Assembly (NCBI RefSeq): GCF_003428155.1 | Contig: NZ_QLIR01000017.1 | Span: forward strand, 7,976-39,975 | Direction of reading: 5' to 3' | From: Fastidiosibacter lacustris | GTDB lineage: Bacteria; Pseudomonadota; Gammaproteobacteria; Francisellales; Francisellaceae | Length of the DNA stretch: 32,000 bases | In this document: positions 26,928 through 32,000 of the stretch, in pieces | How the letters are laid out: every line of letters begins with the position of its first letter | Numbering within the stretch: the stretch's first letter is position 1 | Position numbers and translations under genes: made by a program | The notes under the pieces: generated by a model | Seen by the model: the letters and a program-made list of their open reading frames with translations, nothing else | What the model was told of the DNA's origin: nothing | Database searches by the model: none

Positions 26928-28619
26928 ATGTCAGATAAGTCATGGATTAAAAATTACCCTAATAACGTTCCTACTGAAATCCCACCTTCGACTGAAACGT
27001 TAAATTCAATGCTAAAAAAAGTCGTACAAAAATATCCTCAAAACATCGCCTTATCATGTCATGACCATGATTTAAGTTTTAAACAAATCGATGATTATGC
27101 CAATCGTTTTGCTGCATTCTTATATCATGAACTTGGATTTAAAAAAGGCGATAAAATTGCGATTATGTTGCCAAACTTACTCCAATTTCCCGTAGTATTG
27201 TTTGGTATTTTAAAAATTGGTGGCATTTTCGTAAACATTAACCCACTTTATACTGCCCATGAAGTCAAGGAAATTATGGAAGACTCTGGCGCTCAGGGAA
27301 TTATCGTACTTAGTACATTTGCACATTTAGCACAAGAAGCAAAAAAATATTTACCTCAATTAAAACACATGATTGTGACTGACTTAGTCGATCTTTACTC
27401 CTTCCCCAAAAAACAAATCATTCATTTTATTGCAACTTACATTAAAGGCATGAAATGTCATTATGATAAAACGCAATTTCATACTTTAAGCTCAGCTTTG
27501 AATTACTCTAAAACATTTGATGAAATAAGTGTAAAAGTCTCTTGTGATGATATGGCTTGTCTTCAATACTCAAGTGGTACAACAGGCAAACCAAAAGGTA
27601 CTATTTTATTACACAAAAATATTGTTGCTAATATCGATCAAGTATGGAGCTGGATTGGCAGCTCAGTCGAATTAGATAAACAAGTAATTATTGGTGCACT
27701 ACCGCTTTATCATATTTTTGCACTTACAGCCAACTTATTTACCTTCTACCTAGCGGGATCAAAACAAGTACTTATCCCTAATCCACGCGATATTAAGTCA
27801 CTTGTTAAAACTATGCAAAAAACGCCTTTTACGATTTTTAATAGTATCAATACACTATACGCCGCACTTTTACACAATGATGCCTTCCGTCAATCTACTT
27901 TTCCACATTTTCGCTATACGTTAAGTGGCGGCATGTCAACGATTAAGCGGGTAGCAGATGATTGGAAAGCAGTAACTGGAGTTACCATAAAAGAAGCCTA
28001 TGGCTTGTCAGAAATGTCACCAGCTGTGACTATTAACCTTTTTGACAATGATGATGAATTCAACGGCACAGTTGGTTACCCTTTACCTAGTACAGACGTT
28101 TCTATTAAAGATGATAACGGTAATGAGTTAGCTACAAATGAAAATGGTGAAATATGGGTTAAAGGTCCTCAACAATCGCCAGGATTTTGGCATTTAGATG
28201 CAATCACTAAAGAGCATTTTACAGATGATGGTTGGCTTAAAACAGGTGATATTGGCTATTTAGATGAAATGGGACGCTTAACAATATCGGGACGTTCTAA
28301 AGATATGCTGATTGTTTCTGGCTTTAACGTTTTTCCTAAAGAAATTGAAAACACCATTCTAACTATCCCTGAAGTTAAAGAAGTAGCTGTTGTTGGAGCC
28401 CCTTCACATTCCAGTGGCGAAAAACCTTTTGCTTTTGTCGTGTTGGAAACAGGCAAATCTATCACTGCCAAAGAAATCACTGAGTTTTGTTATACCCAAT
28501 TAGCACATTACAAAACGCCAAAAGATATTATGTTTTTACCAGAGCTCCCTAAAAACACCGTTGGAAAAGTGATGAAACAAGAGCTAAAAGAAAAATATAT
28601 TCTTAATGTAAAAAACTAA
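26928..28619 (+). CDS. fadD: Long-chain fatty-acid--CoA ligase
   Basis: LQYSSGTTGKPKGTILLHKNI, YGLSEMSPAV, GWLKTGDIGYLDEMGRLTISGRSKDMLIVSGFNVFPKEIE, KNTVGKVMKQEL. AAGGAG Shine-Dalgarno upstream. Confidence 0.94.
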   Translation: MSDKSWIKNYPNNVPTEIPPSTETLNSMLKKVVQKYPQNIALSCHDHDLSFKQIDDYANRFAAFLYHELGFKKGDKIAIMLPNLLQFPVVLFGILKIGGIFVNINPLYTAHEVKEIMEDSGAQGIIVLSTFAHLAQEAKKYLPQLKHMIVTDLVDLYSFPKKQIIHFIATYIKGMKCHYDKTQFHTLSSALNYSKTFDEISVKVSCDDMACLQYSSGTTGKPKGTILLHKNIVANIDQVWSWIGSSVELDKQVIIGALPLYHIFALTANLFTFYLAGSKQVLIPNPRDIKSLVKTMQKTPFTIFNSINTLYAALLHNDAFRQSTFPHFRYTLSGGMSTIKRVADDWKAVTGVTIKEAYGLSEMSPAVTINLFDNDDEFNGTVGYPLPSTDVSIKDDNGNELATNENGEIWVKGPQQSPGFWHLDAITKEHFTDDGWLKTGDIGYLDEMGRLTISGRSKDMLIVSGFNVFPKEIENTILTIPEVKEVAVVGAPSHSSGEKPFAFVVLETGKSITAKEITEFCYTQLAHYKTPKDIMFLPELPKNTVGKVMKQELKEKYILNVKN

Positions 28620-30685
28620 AGCACGCTTAAGTCCGCAACCTTCCTAAACATCGCATGCAACCTTTGTAATAGCGCAATGCGATTGTTTTTTAACGACTCA
28701 TCTTTGTCCATTACCATCACATGCTCAAAAAACAAAGCAAGTGACTCATCTAAAGCAGATAAAGCAATCAGGCTATCGTAGTAAGCTTGCTTGAAAATTG
28801 CTTTATTAAGCTTATCTTCCACCGATAAAAGCCCTTGGAACAATACTTTCTCTTGAGTCTCGATAAATAAATTTTCATTGATGTTCAGCTGAGTTTTGAT
28901 GTTGTTTTTTTCTAATATGTTAACCACACGCTTATTGCTTTGTGCCAACCGTTCGCACACTGGGTGCATTTTGAAACTTATCAGTGCTTGAATACGTGCA
29001 TCGAAATCCGCAATATTACTATACTCAACAGCAAGGACAGACTCAAAGATTTCACTTGTAACACCCTCGTCTTTATAAATCACTTTTAAGCGATCAACAA
29101 AAAACTGCAACAGTAAGTTTTCTAAATCATTTTGTGTATTCAGTTTAGGGTTGAACGTTGCAATCGAAAGTTTAATCAAGCTTAAAAGCGAAATTGATAA
29201 TTGATGTTCCTTTAATATACGAAGTACTCCAATTGCTGCTCGTCTTAATGCAAACGGATCTTTATCCCCTGTCGGTTTTTGACCTATACCAAAGATGCCC
29301 ACTAAAGTATCGAGTTTTTCGGCCAATGCCACAGCTTGAGCGACTTTATTTTCTGGCAGTTTGTCTCCTGCATATTTTGGCCAGTATTGTTGCTCTATAG
29401 CCTGACATACATCATTGTGTTCACCATGAGCATTTGCATAATACTTACCAATCACACCTTGTAGATTAGTAAACTCATAAACCATGTCGGTCATTAAATC
29501 TGCCTTACTTAACATACCTGCACGCTTAGCAAGTAAAGCATCTGCTCCAATAAGCTTGGCTATTTCATAAGCTAAATTTGATATGCGTAGCGTACGATCA
29601 TAAACCGAACCTAACTGTTGTTGAAAAGTCACGACTTTAAGCTTTTCAACATATGACTCAAGAGGTCTTTTAACGTCAGTATCATAAAAAAATGCTGCAT
29701 CAGATAAGCGTGCAGCCATAACTTTATTATTGCCTTTAATAACTGTTTGAGGATGACTGCTATCGATATTGCTTATTGTAATAAAATGATTAAGTAACTT
29801 ACCATTTTGATCAACGATCGCAAAACACTTTTGATGTTCTTCCATTGCTGAAATCAGTGCTTCTTGTGGCACACGTAAAAAGTGCATATCAAAATCACAG
29901 CAAAGCGCATGTGGCCATTCAACAATTGCAGTCACTTCCTCAATTAAATCATCATTCAATACAGCTTTGGCATTGAGTCTGTTAGCAATTGTATGTGCTT
30001 GCTCAATAATTTTTGCTTTGCGCTTTTGCCAATCGACTAAGACATAAGCTTGCTTGAGCAACTCAACGTATGCTGTTGCATGTGTAATTACCAATGCTTG
30101 TGGGTTATGAAACCTATGTCCATAACTTATATTTGCTGTTTTACAACCATAAAATTGAGCAGGAATCACTTCATTTCCAAGCATTAAAACTGCCCAATGA
30201 ACAGGACGCACAAATTGATGACTCTCATTCCCCCAACGCATGGTTTTAGGAATAGGTAGCTTTTTTAACGCATCTTCAATGATACCTGGAAGCAGATCTT
30301 GTATTTTACTGCCAAGTTGTTTGACTTGATAAAAAAGCCGCTTGCCTTTTTTATGGTCAATCACGCTAAGCTCGTCAAATCTAACGCCACAAGCATCAGC
30401 AAAGCCTAACGCTGCCTGTGTGGGTTGTCCATTTTGATCATAGGCTTTATCGACAAATGGTCCTTCTTTATCGATTAGCTTATCTTTTTGTATAGCTTGT
30501 AAATCTTTGATGAGAAAGGCTAAGCGCCTAGGAGAAGCATAGAAGTTTTTTGCACTATACCCAATCTCAAGTTGATCCAATGCTTGACCAACATGGTTGA
30601 CAAGTGTTTGCGCCATGCTCTTAAGTGACTTAGGAGGCAACTCTTCTGTGCCAAGTTCAAATAATAAATCAGCTTTATTTAACAT
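28616..30685 (-). CDS. glyS: Glycyl-tRNA synthetase beta subunit
   Basis: LLFELGTEELPPKSL, SPRRLAFLIKDLQ, KKLPIPKTMRWG, FVRPVHWAVLML, SDAAFFYDTD, EFTNLQGVIGKYYA, RRAAIGVLRI. Tail-to-tail 4-nt overlap with fadD. Confidence 0.97.
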   Translation of the reverse strand: MLNKADLLFELGTEELPPKSLKSMAQTLVNHVGQALDQLEIGYSAKNFYASPRRLAFLIKDLQAIQKDKLIDKEGPFVDKAYDQNGQPTQAALGFADACGVRFDELSVIDHKKGKRLFYQVKQLGSKIQDLLPGIIEDALKKLPIPKTMRWGNESHQFVRPVHWAVLMLGNEVIPAQFYGCKTANISYGHRFHNPQALVITHATAYVELLKQAYVLVDWQKRKAKIIEQAHTIANRLNAKAVLNDDLIEEVTAIVEWPHALCCDFDMHFLRVPQEALISAMEEHQKCFAIVDQNGKLLNHFITISNIDSSHPQTVIKGNNKVMAARLSDAAFFYDTDVKRPLESYVEKLKVVTFQQQLGSVYDRTLRISNLAYEIAKLIGADALLAKRAGMLSKADLMTDMVYEFTNLQGVIGKYYANAHGEHNDVCQAIEQQYWPKYAGDKLPENKVAQAVALAEKLDTLVGIFGIGQKPTGDKDPFALRRAAIGVLRILKEHQLSISLLSLIKLSIATFNPKLNTQNDLENLLLQFFVDRLKVIYKDEGVTSEIFESVLAVEYSNIADFDARIQALISFKMHPVCERLAQSNKRVVNILEKNNIKTQLNINENLFIETQEKVLFQGLLSVEDKLNKAIFKQAYYDSLIALSALDESLALFFEHVMVMDKDESLKNNRIALLQRLHAMFRKVADLSVL

Positions 30686-30743
30686 ACATTTTTATTTTAA
30701 TTCCATCAATGGCTCGCTATTCTAGCGAGAATAGCAATTAAAA

Positions 30744-30771
30744 GCAGTAAAAACTATAGCGCTTTTACTGC
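30744..30771 (-). terminator. Candidate Rho-independent terminator after the BspA-like gene
   Basis: Minus strand GCAGTAAAA-GCGCTATAGT-TTTTACTGC followed immediately by TTTTAATT. The 9-bp arms are AT-rich, so this is modest support. Confidence 0.4.
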
Positions 30772-30818
30772 CAAAATTTATCTCGCTCGCTTCAATATAG
30801 AATAGCTGTCACCTTAGA

Positions 30819-32000
30819 TTATTTTTGACACTCTTGGTGATTTGGATCCCATATAATTTTATTATTATCAAAATTCTTAAAGGCATCATGAGCAAAATCA
30901 TATGCTGACGAGGGTTCCTTATTACGACAAATAATCACAGACTGAAGTTTAGTAGGATGACCCTGATAAAAAGCTTCGCTACCAATCTTTATAACACTTT
31001 TGGGAATAACTACAGAAGATAACGGAACGAGCTCAAAAGCCTTATCCTCAATAGTTGTAACATTCTTAGGTATTTTAATTGAAGTGAATGTACTCTGCCA
31101 AAAAGCTCCATATTTAATACTTATAACACTATCAGGAATCTTAACTGAAGTTAGTTTTGTGTTAGAAAATAGATTGCTGCTGATAATTGTAATACCCTCA
31201 GGTAAGACAGCTGAAGTTAGCTGTGTACTATAGGAAAAAGCATGAAGTCCAATAGTTGTCACCCCATTAGGTATCACTACTGTGGATAGCTTATCGTTAC
31301 TGGCAAAAGCTCTAATACCAATTGTTCTCACACCATCAGGGATCACAACAGAGGTTAGACCACCAGAAGGCCTTACTGGATAGTTATCAAAAGTAAAATT
31401 AGCAATTTCTGTTACACCATAGGGAATCACAACATCGGTTAGTGACCCTGTATAACTTGTTAGGACGTTATTATTATTATTAATAGTCATACCATTTGTA
31501 TTGTGAACTTGGATAGAAGTATAGAAGCGCTCTACTGTGCCATTTTTATCTTTAACGTCTATTCTAATTTTATGTTCACCCAGCTTAGTATTTGCCGTTG
31601 GTTTAAGTTTTACTGTTATATAGTTTTGATTTTGAGCACTCTCAAGTGTGATCCCATCAGAATCGTTTTGAGTTTCATCCGTTACTGTAATCTCGGTATT
31701 ATCAGAAAACTGGGTATACAGCTTAATCGTTGCTAGTTTATCAAGCTTGTTTACATCTACTGATCTGCCTTTTGTATTATCGATTGTGTCATAATAATAG
31801 ACAACGTCTTTGTATACTACTTCGCCATTACTCTTAATCGTAAAATCAGCAATGTTGTTTGATGCTAATGAACGCATTGAAGAATCCTTAAAACTGATAC
31901 TGCATGGCTCTTGATCAAGTAATGATTGACAGTTCACGCCAGTAAGTTCAGATTCACCTATTGTGAATGTAAGGTTCTCTAAATCACGCCCTGATACATT
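30819..32000 (-). CDS. BspA-type leucine-rich-repeat (LRR_5) protein, C-terminal part; extends beyond the window
   Basis: Seven degenerate 22-24 aa repeats of the form LTSVVIPDGVRTIGIRAFASNDK. Upstream Ig/adhesin-like segment (EHKIRIDVKDKNGTVERFYTSIQV). The frame stays open past the tracked start at 31937 (a GTG) to the window edge, reading NVSGRDLENLTFTIGESELTGVNCQ. Confidence 0.88.
   Translation of the reverse strand, partial: NVSGRDLENLTFTIGESELTGVNCQSLLDQEPCSISFKDSSMRSLASNNIADFTIKSNGEVVYKDVVYYYDTIDNTKGRSVDVNKLDKLATIKLYTQFSDNTEITVTDETQNDSDGITLESAQNQNYITVKLKPTANTKLGEHKIRIDVKDKNGTVERFYTSIQVHNTNGMTINNNNNVLTSYTGSLTDVVIPYGVTEIANFTFDNYPVRPSGGLTSVVIPDGVRTIGIRAFASNDKLSTVVIPNGVTTIGLHAFSYSTQLTSAVLPEGITIISSNLFSNTKLTSVKIPDSVISIKYGAFWQSTFTSIKIPKNVTTIEDKAFELVPLSSVVIPKSVIKIGSEAFYQGHPTKLQSVIICRNKEPSSAYDFAHDAFKNFDNNKIIWDPNHQECQK

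Noticed and set aside
30819-31442. CRISPR or tandem DNA repeat reading of the repetitive 3' part of the last gene
   Set aside because: The periodicity is about 66-72 nt, coding and degenerate, and explained by protein-level LRR_5 repeats. There are no uniform direct repeats with spacers.
1-32000. Mobile elements, phage genes, toxin-antitoxin or defence systems, rRNA/tRNA
   Set aside because: I recognised no transposase, integrase, capsid, nuclease-defence or toxin-antitoxin motifs and no tRNA-like cloverleaf. A tRNAscan-SE/Infernal and DefenseFinder run would be needed to exclude small or divergent cases.

Overview
This is a low-GC gammaproteobacterial chromosomal window. The fused ACBP/FadB protein and the overall gene set resemble Francisella relatives, but that placement is inferred. 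Modules from left to right: (1) a leftward cluster of a HAD-IB phosphatase, a saccharopine-dehydrogenase-like oxidoreductase, a PLP aminotransferase, and the first codons of a protein with an ATP-grasp-like N-terminus. It looks like an incomplete small-molecule biosynthesis locus running off the left edge. (2) A rightward housekeeping set recN, lgt-thyA-serA-tilS, with lgt to tilS tightly packed. (3) An exported agmatine/peptidylarginine deiminase-family protein. (4) A small unknown protein coupled to an MFS transporter, with a possible short upstream ORF. (5) A self-contained eight-gene heme-uptake locus, hugZ-exbB-exbD-TonB receptor-tonB-hmuT-hmuU-hmuV, behind a Fur-like promoter with an unusual extra perfect dyad. 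(6) A fatty-acid beta-oxidation locus, fadE / ACBP-3HCDH-ECH trifunctional fusion / fadA, divergent from fadD, with a large hairpin and possible anti-Shine-Dalgarno pairing before fadA. (7) glyS without an adjacent upstream glyQ. (8) The C-terminal part of a BspA-type leucine-rich-repeat protein running off the right edge. I found no CRISPR array, rRNA, tRNA, transposase, phage or recognisable defence system. The best candidates for something undescribed are the left-edge biosynthetic cluster and the fadB-fadA intergenic RNA structure.
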